Shown: in pieces, positions 10,174-20,318 of the stretch
How positions within the stretch are numbered: the first letter of the stretch is position 1
Layout: each line of letters opens with the position of its first letter
NCBI GenBank assembly: GCA_963663765.2
Contig: CAXXUA010000005.1
Coordinates: forward strand, 224,001 to 288,000
Length of the DNA stretch: 64,000 nt
Direction: 5' to 3'
Source of the DNA: Candidatus Poribacteria bacterium
GTDB taxonomy: Bacteria; Poribacteria; WGA-4E; WGA-3G
Made by a program: the position numbers and the translations under genes
The notes under the pieces: model-generated
What the model saw: the letters and a program-made list of their open reading frames with translations, nothing else
What the model was told of the DNA's origin: nothing
Database searches by the model: none

Positions 10174-12570
10174 CTACATTCTCAGCTCTGCATTGAGTTC
10201 TTGATACAGTTTTTTAATCACCTTATCGTGTAGTTCATTCACTGCTTTATCAGTCAAGGTCTCGGTTGCAGAGTGATACATGATTGTGTATGCAAGACTT
10301 TTTTTATTCTCTTGCACCTGATCACCAACGTATAGGTCAAAGAGTTTGACGGATTCAACCAGATTCCCACCAGTAGAATAGATTATATCTATTGGCAGAT
10401 CAGACTGCATCTCTTTATCAACGACAATTGCAAGGTCACGTTGTATACTTGGATAGATAGGAATTGGCTTGAATCGTTTGGAAAAATCAGCAGCATCTGA
10501 AATTGTATCAAGGTCAAGTTCAAAGAGATATGCCTTGTATGGTAATTCGTAGTTTGCAAGTACATCGGGATGTGCTTCTCCAAGTATTCCGATGCGTTTG
10601 TTTTTTAACAAGAGTTCTGCGTTGCGACCTGGATGGAATGTTGGTTCTTCAGTCAGTTTGAATGCATAATCAGTAATGCCGCATACCTCAAGGACACCTT
10701 CAACTATTCCTTTGATGTCAAAGAAATCTGGATTTTTATTGGGATTACCGTAGATGCCATCGCCGATTTCACCTGCCAGTATTCCTGAAACGCGTGCGGG
10801 TTCTTTACCTTGAACGAATACAGTAGACATCTCAAATAGCGCGATGTTATTTATCTGATGGTTATGGTTATGTTGCGCGTTATTTAGCAGACTGGGTATC
10901 AGAGTTGATCTCAGAATGGACATCTCTGGACTCAATGGATTTTGGAGTTTTAATGTGTCGCGCAGTGGATTGTCTTCTGGTAACCGTATCTTTTCAAAGC
11001 AGTTTGGGTGAACAAAACTGTAGTTTATTGCTTCCATCATACCAGAACTGAGTAAAAAGTTTTTGATACGTTTACAGACTTCAGCAATTTTGTTTGGTAT
11101 GGGAATAGGTATGTCTCCTTTAGGTAACGTTGTGGGAATGTTGTCATAGCCGTAGACGCGTGCCACCTCCTCAATTAGATCAATTTCCCGAGTAATATCA
11201 ACGCGGAATGAAGGGACGGTGACCAGAAACGCATTTTCTTTTGGTTTAGGTTCAATCAGTTCAAAACCTAATCGTAATAATATTTGTGCGATTTCATTTT
11301 TCTTTAGTGTAGTTCCGAGTATGAAGTTCACTCTTTCTGGTCTAAGAGTTATCTGAATAGGTTCACGTTTACCTGGGTAGACATCAACAATGCCTTTGCA
11401 GATAGTACCGTCAGCAATTTCAGCAATGAGTTGTGCTGCGCGGTTAAGAGCGGGAATAACATTTTCTGGGTCTGCGCCGCGTTCAAATCTGTATGAGGCA
11501 TCTGTGTTTAAACCCATAGTCTTTGCAGTTGCCCGAATGCTTGATGGTAGGAAATATGCACTTTCCAGTAGCACGTCGCGAGTTGTATCGGTGATTTCAG
11601 TATCAAGTCCTCCCATTACACCTGCGACAGCAACAGGTTTTTCAGCATCAGCAATTACTAACATATCGGGTGTAAGTTTGCGTTCATATTCATCAAGGGT
11701 CGTAATTCTTTCCCCTTCTGCGGCACGGCGTACGACGATTCTGTTTTCATTGAGTTTGTGATAATCAAATGCGTGTAGGGGTTGTCCATATTCCATTAAG
11801 ACGTAGTTTGTTATATCAACGATATTGTTGATAACTGCGATTCCTACAGTTTCCAGTTGATGTTTTAGCCAGTCAGGGGATTCACCGATTTTAACGTCTT
11901 TTATGATACGCGCTGCATATCGAGGACACAGTTGAGGATCATCTATTGTTACCACTGTGATTTCCTGTGTTTCCATCTCACTTTCATTGAGTTTTATCTG
12001 TGGAAGTCTTAACTCGTTTCCAGTTTCTGCTCGTATTTCACGTGCTACACCAATCAAGCTGAGACAATCCGGACGGTTAGGTGTAATCTCCAGTTCTAAA
12101 ACTGTATCGTCCAAACCTAATGCTTCAGCCAGTGGTGTGCCTATAGTGAGATCGTTAGACAATTCCATGAGTCCAGCAGCATCGGGAGAGATACCCAACT
12201 CCTTCTCTGAGCAAAGCATTCCAAAAGATTCTTCACCGCGAATTTTTGTCTTTTTTATGAATACACCTGAATGCAATTCAGTGCCTATTGTTGCGACAGG
12301 TGCGACCATTCCTTCGCGTACATTTGGTGCGCCACAGACAATCTGGAGTGTATCATCCTTGTCTATATCTACCTGACACAAAACAAGTTTATCGGCATTA
12401 GGATGTGGATTGATGGATGTTACTTTTCCGACGACAACACCCTCCAATACTACTCCGAGTTGTTTGATAGTTTCAACTTCAACTCCTAACATCGTAAGTT
12501 TTTCAGCGAATTGTTCTGCAGAAAAATCAAAATCTATATATTTTTTTAGCCAATTTATGGTTACGTTCAT
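10174..12570 (-). CDS. pheT: Phenylalanine-tRNA ligase beta subunit
   Basis: HPNADKL; IVCGAPN; ITPNRPDCLS; ASYRFERG; DLIEEVAR; C-terminal FDX-ACB domain. Confidence 0.98.
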   Translation of the reverse strand: MNVTINWLKKYIDFDFSAEQFAEKLTMLGVEVETIKQLGVVLEGVVVGKVTSINPHPNADKLVLCQVDIDKDDTLQIVCGAPNVREGMVAPVATIGTELHSGVFIKKTKIRGEESFGMLCSEKELGISPDAAGLMELSNDLTIGTPLAEALGLDDTVLELEITPNRPDCLSLIGVAREIRAETGNELRLPQIKLNESEMETQEITVVTIDDPQLCPRYAARIIKDVKIGESPDWLKHQLETVGIAVINNIVDITNYVLMEYGQPLHAFDYHKLNENRIVVRRAAEGERITTLDEYERKLTPDMLVIADAEKPVAVAGVMGGLDTEITDTTRDVLLESAYFLPSSIRATAKTMGLNTDASYRFERGADPENVIPALNRAAQLIAEIADGTICKGIVDVYPGKREPIQITLRPERVNFILGTTLKKNEIAQILLRLGFELIEPKPKENAFLVTVPSFRVDITREIDLIEEVARVYGYDNIPTTLPKGDIPIPIPNKIAEVCKRIKNFLLSSGMMEAINYSFVHPNCFEKIRLPEDNPLRDTLKLQNPLSPEMSILRSTLIPSLLNNAQHNHNHQINNIALFEMSTVFVQGKEPARVSGILAGEIGDGIYGNPNKNPDFFDIKGIVEGVLEVCGITDYAFKLTEEPTFHPGRNAELLLKNKRIGILGEAHPDVLANYELPYKAYLFELDLDTISDAADFSKRFKPIPIYPSIQRDLAIVVDKEMQSDLPIDIIYSTGGNLVESVKLFDLYVGDQVQENKKSLAYTIMYHSATETLTDKAVNELHDKVIKKLYQELNAELRM

Positions 12571-12699
12571 AGTAGGTCCTTCGTTCTGTCACTACCAAAA
12601 GTTATAAGATGTATTTAGTGTGATTTCTGAGAATCATAGAATGAACTGGATACTTGTCAGCGCGCTTACAAGGCACACCTACAGTTGCTGTGTCTTTTT

Positions 12700-13716
12700 T
12701 TAGAATTGTTGGAGGAATCGTAGATCGTTTTCATAGAATGTGCGAATATCGGGGATTCGGAACTGTAGATTTGCGATTCGTTCAACTCCCATACCAAATG
12801 CGAAACCAGTAACCTCCTCTGGGTCATAGTTGACAGCACGGAACACTTCTGGATGGACAGCACCGGCTCCCAAGATTTCGATCCAACCCGTATGTCCGCA
12901 ACTCCTGCAACCTTTGCCGCGGCATACAGTGCATGAAATGTCTGCTTCTGCGCTGGGTTCTGTGAAGGGGAAGAAATGAGGTCTGAAACGCATCTGTGTT
13001 TGGTCGCCGAACATTTGGCGCGCAAATGAGACCAAAACTCCTTTCAATTCACTGAAAGTAACGTGCCTATCTACCAGTAATCCTTCAACTTGATGAAACA
13101 TTGGCGTGTGTGAGACATCGTAATCTACGCGGTAAGCTTTACCGGGAACAATAATACGGACAGGTGGTTGTTGATTTTCCATTGCCCGTATCTGTACAGG
13201 GGAAGTGTGTGTCCGCAGTAGGTGTCCATCTGTTAGATAGAAGGTGTCGTGTAGATCACGTGCTGGGTGGTCTGGTGGTGTATTGAGTGCATCAAAATTA
13301 TAGTGCTCAGTCTCTACCTCAGGTCCCGTCACGACTTGAAACCCCATTTGCATGAAAATCTCTTCAATACGTTGTAATACTTGCATGACAGGATGTGCTT
13401 TTCCTTGTGCGGGTTTTCGTCCGGGTAGTGTGATGTCAATAGATTCTGCTTTGAGTTGTTGTTCCTGTTGTTTGCTATCCAAATTGGCTTTTGTTGCATC
13501 AAATGCATCTGATAGTGAAGAACGGATCTCATTTGCGAGTTTTCCGATGATGGGACGTTCCTCTTTTGAGAGTTTTCCCATGCCCTTCATGACATCTGTT
13601 AGTTTTCCCTTGCGTCCGAAGTATTCAATTCTAAGCGATTCAAGCTGATCTTTTGTATTTATCTGCTTTAATGCATTTATGACTTCTGCTTGAATCGCTT
13701 CCAATTCCTCTTTCAT
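12700..13716 (-). CDS. pheS: Phenylalanine-tRNA ligase alpha subunit
   Basis: HPARDLHDTFY; LRTHTSPVQ; HTPMFHQVEG; FPFTEPS; GFAFGMGVER. Confidence 0.98.
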   Translation of the reverse strand: MKEELEAIQAEVINALKQINTKDQLESLRIEYFGRKGKLTDVMKGMGKLSKEERPIIGKLANEIRSSLSDAFDATKANLDSKQQEQQLKAESIDITLPGRKPAQGKAHPVMQVLQRIEEIFMQMGFQVVTGPEVETEHYNFDALNTPPDHPARDLHDTFYLTDGHLLRTHTSPVQIRAMENQQPPVRIIVPGKAYRVDYDVSHTPMFHQVEGLLVDRHVTFSELKGVLVSFARQMFGDQTQMRFRPHFFPFTEPSAEADISCTVCRGKGCRSCGHTGWIEILGAGAVHPEVFRAVNYDPEEVTGFAFGMGVERIANLQFRIPDIRTFYENDLRFLQQF

Positions 13717-13744
13717 AATTCCCTTATAAATAGATAACGCCCGT

Positions 13745-13982
13745 CACGCTGCCCCGTTGTCTCATCATCTTGCATGAGACACATCTGGGGACGAAAGCGA
13801 CAAGCATCTACTTCCGCGGTACCACCCCGCTTGACAGATTGTCATAATCTGTCCGCTTCATTATGTATTTATTAGCTCCAAGATGAAATTCAATTGTTGT
13901 TCTCAAAACCGTGCTTCCAGCCAATGGCACGGTATCTCTTTTTGAGAAGTCTCAACAACTTACTTTGTCTCTTCACAGTCTA
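13745..13982 (-). ncRNA. T-box riboswitch leader, Phe (UUC) specifier
   Basis: Minus strand: Stem I with AGUA S-turn, AGAGA bulge and GGCUGGAA apical loop; specifier loop GAAUUUCA (UUC at 13887-13885); stem III; T-box AAGCGGGGUGGUACCGCGG (13832-13814); antiterminator 3' side CGUCCCC. Confidence 0.9.
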
Positions 13983-14118
13983 TAGTAGCATTTATATCAA
14001 GTTTTCTTGTTTTCGCAGTTTTTCCAATATTCCGATACAGTCACGACCGGGAGGTCACTCCTACCATAAGAACCTATGTTAGAATGTGTGATTAATCTAC
14101 ATTTAAATGCTATTAAAT

Positions 14119-14466
14119 TTATCCTTTTGCGAGGATGGCAAGTTGTCCAAAACCATCTGCATCGTTGACAGCGATGTCAGCGAGTACTTTTCTGTCTAAT
14201 TCAACGCCTGCGTTTTTGAGTCCGTGTATAAAGCGACTATATGAGAGTCCATGTAGTCTTGCTGCGGCGTTTATTCGTATGATCCAAAGTCTTCTAAAAT
14301 CGCGTTTTCGTGTGCGTCTATGTGCGTATGCGTGGTTCCATCCTTTTTGTACTGCTTCCATAGCGGTACGTTTAAGGTTGTTTCTTCCACCGCGATACCC
14401 TTTGGAATGTTTTAGTATGCGTTTCCGGCGTTGTCGCCGGACATTCCCTGTTTTGACTCTTGACAT
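14119..14466 (-). CDS. rplT: 50S ribosomal protein L20
   Basis: MSRVK...KGYRG; [17 protein letters not shown]; LDRKVLA. Confidence 0.98.
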   Translation of the reverse strand: MSRVKTGNVRRQRRKRILKHSKGYRGGRNNLKRTAMEAVQKGWNHAYAHRRTRKRDFRRLWIIRINAAARLHGLSYSRFIHGLKNAGVELDRKVLADIAVNDADGFGQLAILAKG

Positions 14467-14475
14467 TTAAAACTC

Positions 14476-14667
14476 CTAATAAATCAGTCTTTTCAAACGT
14501 TTTTCGTTACTGGGGTGAACCAGTGCGGGTTGTCTTAATCTGCGTTTACGTTTTGCGGATTTTGAGATGAACAAGTGTCCAGCGTACGCGCGATTGCGAC
14601 GTATTTTTCCTTTTGCGGTAAATTTAAAGCGTTTGGCTGCGCCTTTATGTGTCTTCATTTTCGGCAT
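14476..14667 (-). CDS. rpmI: 50S ribosomal protein L35
   Basis: MPKMKTHKGAAKRFK; synteny with infC and rplT. Confidence 0.98.
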   Translation of the reverse strand: MPKMKTHKGAAKRFKFTAKGKIRRNRAYAGHLFISKSAKRKRRLRQPALVHPSNEKRLKRLIY

Positions 14668-14763
14668 TACAATTTCCCTTTGCTGACGGTGTGATGCAAG
14701 TTAATTCTGTTTACTATAGACAATGTTGCAGTCTATGTATAAAACTACATAATAGACTCTTTT

Positions 14764-15309
14764 CTACGAAGATTTCGGGGTTAAGAGCATAGACATCACG
14801 CGCGTTTCCATCTTTGGAGGTTGCTCTACCTCAGCAAGTTCAGCAACATCTTTTACCAAACGTGCCAGCATATTCTTCCCTAATTGTGTGTGAAGGAGTT
14901 CTCTGCCGCGAAAGCGTACAGTGGCTCTGACCTTCCACCCATTCTTCAAAAAATCTTCTACGTGACGTTTTTTGAATTGATAATCATGTTCAGCAGTATC
15001 GGGTCGGAACTGCATCTCTTTTAGAACAATTTTTGTCTGCTTTTTTCGTGCTTCCCTTGCACGTTTATTCTTTTCGTATTGATATTTGCCGTAGTCCATA
15101 ATTTTACAAACTGGTGGCTTTGCATTCGGCGAGACTTCAACGAGGTCTAAACCGACTTCTTCGGCAAGGTCCATTGCTTCGCGTGGTGTCATGACGCCGA
15201 CCTGTTTGTTTTCGTGGTCAATCAACAAAATCTCTTTAGCACGAATTTGGTAATTTGAACGTGACTGTCTTTCCTTCGTTTTCTGATTTCGTCTGCCTCT
15301 ATAGTGTAT
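14764..15309 (-). CDS. infC: Translation initiation factor IF-3 (probable ATA start)
   Basis: LDLVEVSPNAKPPVCKIMDYGKY; FRGRE. SD-like GGGGGTG lies 6 nt before an in-frame ATA at 15309-15307. The alternative start is ATG at 15324. Confidence 0.93.
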   Translation of the reverse strand: MHYRGRRNQKTKERQSRSNYQIRAKEILLIDHENKQVGVMTPREAMDLAEEVGLDLVEVSPNAKPPVCKIMDYGKYQYEKNKRAREARKKQTKIVLKEMQFRPDTAEHDYQFKKRHVEDFLKNGWKVRATVRFRGRELLHTQLGKNMLARLVKDVAELAEVEQPPKMETRVMSMLLTPKSS

Positions 15310-15528
15310 TTTCCACACCCCCATGTAATCGTTGGTTTTGAATGCTTAATAGTGCAGAATTAGGTTATCTACAAACTTATGACTAAATGAACCCAAATTT
15401 TCCTACACTTGTCTTAATCTTAAATTTACAATATTCTTGCTCTGTATAACAAAAAACTAATCCTAACAATATGTGAATTACTTCAATTTCTATGTTTCGG
15501 AAATAGTTTGTCTACAATTAATTATGAT

Positions 15529-15557
15529 ATTATATCACAATTATATCACAAATGCAA
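15529..15557 (-). promoter_or_regulatory. Sigma70-type promoter for infC-rpmI-rplT
   Basis: TTGCAT-17 nt-TATAAT on the minus strand. Confidence 0.65.
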
Positions 15558-15558
15558 A

Positions 15559-15915
15559 CTAAAAATATCCGATAGTCCAAAGTGTTCGTAAAATTATAAT
15601 ACCCGTTTCCAAACCACCAATGATAACGATTAGCATTATGTTGGTAATTAATGCAAGTCGAAAGATGTCTTTCGTATTTTCTGGTTGTTCTTTTGACCAT
15701 GCTCGTGCTAAGTTGAACGTCAATACAACACTGATTAGACAGAGAACAACTGCTCCCAAAAACGATAGTAGGATACCTTGAAAATCTACCATCTCCATTG
15801 TATCTGGGATTGAACCGTATTGTGAATACTTTATTATTACCCCAATTATGATACAGATAAGGATCATAATAAAACTGAGATATACGAACAATGAAATTTT
15901 ATAATGTTTTCCCAT
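15559..15915 (-). CDS. Small membrane protein (3 TM), unknown function
   Basis: Three hydrophobic segments; fills the gap between operons. Confidence 0.65.
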   Translation of the reverse strand: MGKHYKISLFVYLSFIMILICIIIGVIIKYSQYGSIPDTMEMVDFQGILLSFLGAVVLCLISVVLTFNLARAWSKEQPENTKDIFRLALITNIMLIVIIGGLETGIIILRTLWTIGYF

Positions 15916-16027
15916 TTTTTACAAACTTCTCTGGTTTGTCGGTTCTTCTTTTAGTTTATTGTAACATATTTATGGATATAATGGCAAAGTATTTACACAC
16001 ACCATATCGATTTATCGATTTTACCAT

Positions 16028-16057
16028 TTGCTTATAATGTGAGAAATGTGCTATAAT
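16028..16057 (+). promoter_or_regulatory. Promoter for thi operon
   Basis: TTGCTT-18 nt-TATAAT with extended -10 TGn, just upstream of the TPP aptamer. Confidence 0.6.
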
Positions 16058-16071
16058 AGAATTGTAATAAT

Positions 16072-16152
16072 TTTAAGGGGTGCTCTTAACACAAAAAAGA
16101 GCTGAGAAAACACCCATTGAACCTGATCTGGATTATGCCAGCGTAGGGAAAT
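16072..16152 (+). ncRNA. TPP riboswitch (THI element)
   Basis: AGGGGTGC...GCTGAGA...ACCC..TGAACCTGATCTGGATTATGCCAGCGTAGGGAA consensus, upstream of thiamine genes. Confidence 0.97.
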
Positions 16153-16253
16153 AAAAGAAGAACAGCAATAAACCGCTGCTACTATCTGCGACTGATCAAT
16201 TGTGGAGAACACACGTATTCACTGCGATTGTATATCTCTAAAAAGAGACTCTG

Positions 16254-16308
16254 AGCCGCTTCCTTTTTTGGCATTTTTCCTTTACCGAAAATGGAAGACG
16301 GCTTTTTT
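16254..16308 (+). terminator. Probable expression-platform terminator of the TPP riboswitch
   Basis: GCCG-CTTCC...GGAAG-ACGGC stem followed by TTTTTT. Confidence 0.6.
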
Positions 16309-16316
16309 GTTAGGAA

Positions 16317-17090
16317 TTGAAATGGATGTTTAGCAAATATGTATTGCCAGTGGTAATCCTATTAGCAGTATTGGGAATATGGGAAGCAGTAGTATACTTC
16401 TTAGATATAAAACGTTTCATATTACCTGCCCCTACCGAGATCTTAGTGGCAGTGTTTGAAGAACGCGAATCATTATTGAGACATTCTTGGGTAACATTAC
16501 AAGAAATGCTATTGGGGTTCGTTTTGGCAATCACCGTTGGAATTCCGTTAGCAGTGTTAATGTTTGAGTTTCCAGTATTGGAGAGAGCTTTTTATCCTTA
16601 TGTCATTGGTTCACAAACTGTGCCTGTGTTTGCAATTGCCCCTTTGTTAGTAATTTGGTTTGGGTTCGGGATTGCGTCAAAAGTTGTTATGGCGGCAATT
16701 ATCGTGTTTTTTGCTATCGTGCTAAATACAATGGATGGCTTAAGGTCAACTGATCCTGACATAGTGAACCTTTTTCGTATACATCGTGCAACGCGATTGC
16801 AGATTCTATGGAAAGTTCGTATTCCATCTGCATTACCATTTATCTTTTCAGGTGCGAAGATTGGGATCTCCATCTCTACGATAGGTGCGGTAATTGGGGA
16901 ATGGGTTGGAGCAGGTGCTGGACTTGGGTATCTGATGCTGTATGCAAAAGCACAATATCGGTATAACCTTGTGTTTGCTGCTATATTTTCTTTGACGCTG
17001 ATGGGGTTAGGTTTGTTTGTAATAATGTCGTTGCTGGAAAGGTATGCCATGCCGTGGCGACAACATCAGAGATATATACCAGATACCTAA
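16317..17090 (+). CDS. thiX: ABC transporter permease, SsuC/TauC/ThiX family (HMP/thiamine precursor uptake)
   Basis: ILPAP; SQTVPVFAIAPLL; VRIPSALPFIFSG; GAVIGEW; TPP riboswitch context. Confidence 0.8.
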   Translation: MKWMFSKYVLPVVILLAVLGIWEAVVYFLDIKRFILPAPTEILVAVFEERESLLRHSWVTLQEMLLGFVLAITVGIPLAVLMFEFPVLERAFYPYVIGSQTVPVFAIAPLLVIWFGFGIASKVVMAAIIVFFAIVLNTMDGLRSTDPDIVNLFRIHRATRLQILWKVRIPSALPFIFSGAKIGISISTIGAVIGEWVGAGAGLGYLMLYAKAQYRYNLVFAAIFSLTLMGLGLFVIMSLLERYAMPWRQHQRYIPDT

Positions 17091-17261
17091 TAAGGTTTTC
17101 ACAGTTTTTTGGTGAAAATATTAGAAGAATAAATTTGATATAATGGAAAGTTTGGAAATTTCTTGTAAACCATGAAATGGGATAATTATGGTACAGTTTC
17201 AGAATGCAGTCACACAACATGTCAGAAACTGAATCTACATTCCCGATAGTAGGAGGACTTT

Positions 17262-18848
17262 TTGATGAAAACGAGTTTTTGTTCTATTCTTTACTTTACA
17301 CTGTTTTTGATTTCAATTTTCTGTCTATCTCCTTGCAATGCTCAAGAGTATATTACCGGTCCTTGGCTTTGGATGATCGCCCCAACCGCAACAGATCAGG
17401 GTGGTGCAAAATCCACTGATGTGGATTCTCTTGCAGTTGCCAGCGACGGTGACATCACAGAGATAGATATTGCAAATAACGGAGCAATAGCTGGGGACTT
17501 CGTTGGCAAATATGCGTGGACACTCAGTGAACTTCGCTTCAATGGGTTTGAAAATACCTATGCTTTCTCAGGTGAGGTTGATAATCTTACAGATATCTTT
17601 GAGAAATTGGATTGGGCAGATGGTGAAGTATTAGATCATTCAGCCTATGGTTTGATTACGCTTGAATCTGCGAGTGCTCAGAAAGATGTGACGATGAGGG
17701 TTGGTAGTGATGACTCTGTAAAAGTGTGGCTCAACGGTATAGTGGTACATAATAACCCAATTGACCGAGGTTCAGGGGGTTATAATGATACGTTTCAAGT
17801 TAACCTAAAAAAGGGTGATAACTTGATGCTGGTAAAGGTAAGTCAAGCTTTGGGAAATTGGAGTATGTTCGTTGGCGTGGATGCCGATGTAAAATCAAGT
17901 TATAAAGTTCCTCAATCTGAAAGAGAAAAGGTAACTTTGCTTTTGGATTGGTTGCCAAATATAGATCACGTCCCGCTTTATGTTGCTCAACAAAAAAGGA
18001 TCTTTGCTGCCCATGGTTTAGATGTAGATTTACGGTGGGGTGGGGATCCGGATGCTCCGATAACACTTGTAGCAGCAGGAAAAGCACCCTTTGCAGTGAG
18101 TTATCAACAAAGTGTTACGATTGCTCGCGCAAGCGAAGTGGCGTTGCCAGTTAAATCTATAGGATTACTTGTAGAACATCCGTTAAACACGATAAGTTTT
18201 TTGAAGAAGACAGGGATTAAGACCCCTGCCGATTTCAAAGGAAAGAAAATCGGATATACAGTAGCACCTTTGGATGTACTCCTGTTCAATGCAATTGCGG
18301 AAAACGCGGGGTTAAAGAAAGATGATTATGAACTGATTAGCGTTGGTACAAATATATTAGCACCGCTGATAAGTGGTCAGATTCATGCTGTGATCGGTCC
18401 GTTTCGTAACTATGAGATCAACATGTTGAAACTTGAAGGCGCTGAAGCAGACTTTTTCGCACTTGAGGAACACGGTATACCAGATTATTACGAATTAGTG
18501 ATAATCACGAATGATACATATTTGAAAGAAAAACCTGAAAACGCTAAAAAACTCATGATGGCGATTCGGGATGCGATTGAATTTACTAAGAATAATCCTG
18601 AAGCTGCATTGCAAATGTTTTTTAAGGCAAATCCTGATGCCCGTAAAGAATTAGAAAAACTGGCATTTAAGGATACTCTGGATTTATTTGCTACAACACA
18701 GATCCAATCTAAAGAGAAGTGGGACGCATTCACGAAATTTGCACTTGATAAAGGACTGATTCCAAAATCGGTTAAGGCAGAAGATCTATTCGTCAACTTA
18801 ATTGAGGAGGAAGAAGAAGCGAAATCTAAAAGAGAAAATGACAGATAA
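17262..18848 (+). CDS. thiY: Secreted fusion: N-terminal jelly-roll-like domain plus NMT1/THI5 (ThiY) substrate-binding domain
   Basis: Signal peptide; ITGPWLWM...GSDDSVKVWLNG domain; then LLLDWLPNIDHVPLYVA, DFKGKKIGY and IPDYYELV, typical of NMT1/THI5. Confidence 0.8.
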   Translation: MMKTSFCSILYFTLFLISIFCLSPCNAQEYITGPWLWMIAPTATDQGGAKSTDVDSLAVASDGDITEIDIANNGAIAGDFVGKYAWTLSELRFNGFENTYAFSGEVDNLTDIFEKLDWADGEVLDHSAYGLITLESASAQKDVTMRVGSDDSVKVWLNGIVVHNNPIDRGSGGYNDTFQVNLKKGDNLMLVKVSQALGNWSMFVGVDADVKSSYKVPQSEREKVTLLLDWLPNIDHVPLYVAQQKRIFAAHGLDVDLRWGGDPDAPITLVAAGKAPFAVSYQQSVTIARASEVALPVKSIGLLVEHPLNTISFLKKTGIKTPADFKGKKIGYTVAPLDVLLFNAIAENAGLKKDDYELISVGTNILAPLISGQIHAVIGPFRNYEINMLKLEGAEADFFALEEHGIPDYYELVIITNDTYLKEKPENAKKLMMAIRDAIEFTKNNPEAALQMFFKANPDARKELEKLAFKDTLDLFATTQIQSKEKWDAFTKFALDKGLIPKSVKAEDLFVNLIEEEEEAKSKRENDR

Positions 18849-19974
18849 AGAGATATGCATCATCGGCGGTGGTGTGATTGGGTTGGGTATCGGTTGGCAG
18901 CTTACGAAGATGGGAGTATCGGTCACTATCTTTGAGCGAAACAGTGTCGGACGCGGTGCATCATGGGCAGCTGCAGGGATGCTTGCCCCACACGCGGAAG
19001 CGCATACCGAAGAAGCTGCACTGTTGGAATTAGGCTGCAAAAGTTTAGCACTTTATCCTAAATGGGTTGAGGAATTAGAAGCAGACGCTGATATGTCCAT
19101 CGACTATCGGGTTGAGGGGACGTTAATAGTTGGTTTGGATGAGGATGATACGCAGCAACTACGTCACCAATTTGTTGCACAACAGAATTTAGGTTTAGAT
19201 GCGAATTGGTTGACAGGTCGGGGTGCGCGTGAAATTGAACCTGCACTATCTTCGCGCGTTACCGCTGCTATTCACTGCGCAACAGATCATCAGGTTGATA
19301 ACAGATTGATGCTACCAGCTTTAAAACGTGCATACCAGAAGCATGGTGGAATCTTAATTGAAAACACCTCTGTAGAAAAAATCGTCATTGAAAACGGAAC
19401 TGCAATTGGAGTTCAGACAATAAATGGAACACACAAAAGTGATGTGATCGTGCTCTCTGCAGGGTGTTGGTCTGCACAGATTGAAGGTATATCTGATGTT
19501 GTGCGTCCTCCGGTACGTCCTGTCAAAGGACAAATGTTGGCATTACAGATGGAGGAAGGCATTGCAATAAATACGGTTGTCCGCACCTTTAGAGCAAAAT
19601 ATCCCACTTCTGTGTATCTTGTTCCACGCAAAGATAACAGACTTATTGTAGGAGCAACGAGTGAGGAGATGGGGTTTGATACTCGTCTCACCGCAGGCGG
19701 TATGTTTGAGTTGCTTCGCGGGGCATGGGAGGTTGTACCCGGTATATATGAATTGCCGTTAATGGAAACATGGGCAGGATTACGACCCGGTAGCAGAGAT
19801 AATGCACCTATACTTGGCAAAACACCTATTCAAAATCTGATATATGCCACTGGACATTACCGTAACGGTATCTTACTCACACCAATTACTGCTTATGAGA
19901 TTGCAAATTTGATTGTTACTGGTAAAACGTCCGATACAATTGGATTGTTCCAATTAGATAGATTTATGAAGTAA
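18838..19974 (+). CDS. thiO: Glycine oxidase ThiO
   Basis: IIGGGVIG; ASWAAAGML; RPVKGQ; GLRPG; GHYRNGILL. ATG at 18838 overlaps the end of thiY. Confidence 0.95.
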   Translation: MTDKEICIIGGGVIGLGIGWQLTKMGVSVTIFERNSVGRGASWAAAGMLAPHAEAHTEEAALLELGCKSLALYPKWVEELEADADMSIDYRVEGTLIVGLDEDDTQQLRHQFVAQQNLGLDANWLTGRGAREIEPALSSRVTAAIHCATDHQVDNRLMLPALKRAYQKHGGILIENTSVEKIVIENGTAIGVQTINGTHKSDVIVLSAGCWSAQIEGISDVVRPPVRPVKGQMLALQMEEGIAINTVVRTFRAKYPTSVYLVPRKDNRLIVGATSEEMGFDTRLTAGGMFELLRGAWEVVPGIYELPLMETWAGLRPGSRDNAPILGKTPIQNLIYATGHYRNGILLTPITAYEIANLIVTGKTSDTIGLFQLDRFMK

Positions 19975-19983
19975 ACACAGGAT

Positions 19984-20196
19984 ATGATGATGCATATACT
20001 TGTAAATGGTGAAGACAAAAAGGTTCAACCGAATTTGAACATCATGGAATTGATTAAACAGCTAAATATGAATCCCCTTAAGTCAGGTATTGCGGTGGCA
20101 GTGGATAGAGAGGTTATACCGAAATCCAAGTGGGAAACATTCATACTTGAAGATGGAAGTGTAGTGGAGATAATTCGTGCAGTTCAGGGAGGGTAA
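19984..20196 (+). CDS. thiS: Sulfur carrier protein ThiS
   Basis: VNGE...IAVAV...VEIIRAVQGG (C-terminal GG). Confidence 0.95.
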   Translation: MMMHILVNGEDKKVQPNLNIMELIKQLNMNPLKSGIAVAVDREVIPKSKWETFILEDGSVVEIIRAVQGG

Positions 20197-20318
20197 TTTG
20201 AAACAAAATCAAGACACATTACATTTTGTGTTTAGAGCAGCAAGTTAAACACTTGATATGTAGGAGGGTTGGTGTTATAATTATTTTGTAGACAAATACA
20301 ATTTTTAGAGCAAGTACT

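Noticed and set aside
15330-15528. Possible L20 leader RNA upstream of infC
   Set aside because: The position is plausible, but I could not identify the conserved structure by eye. It needs an Rfam scan.
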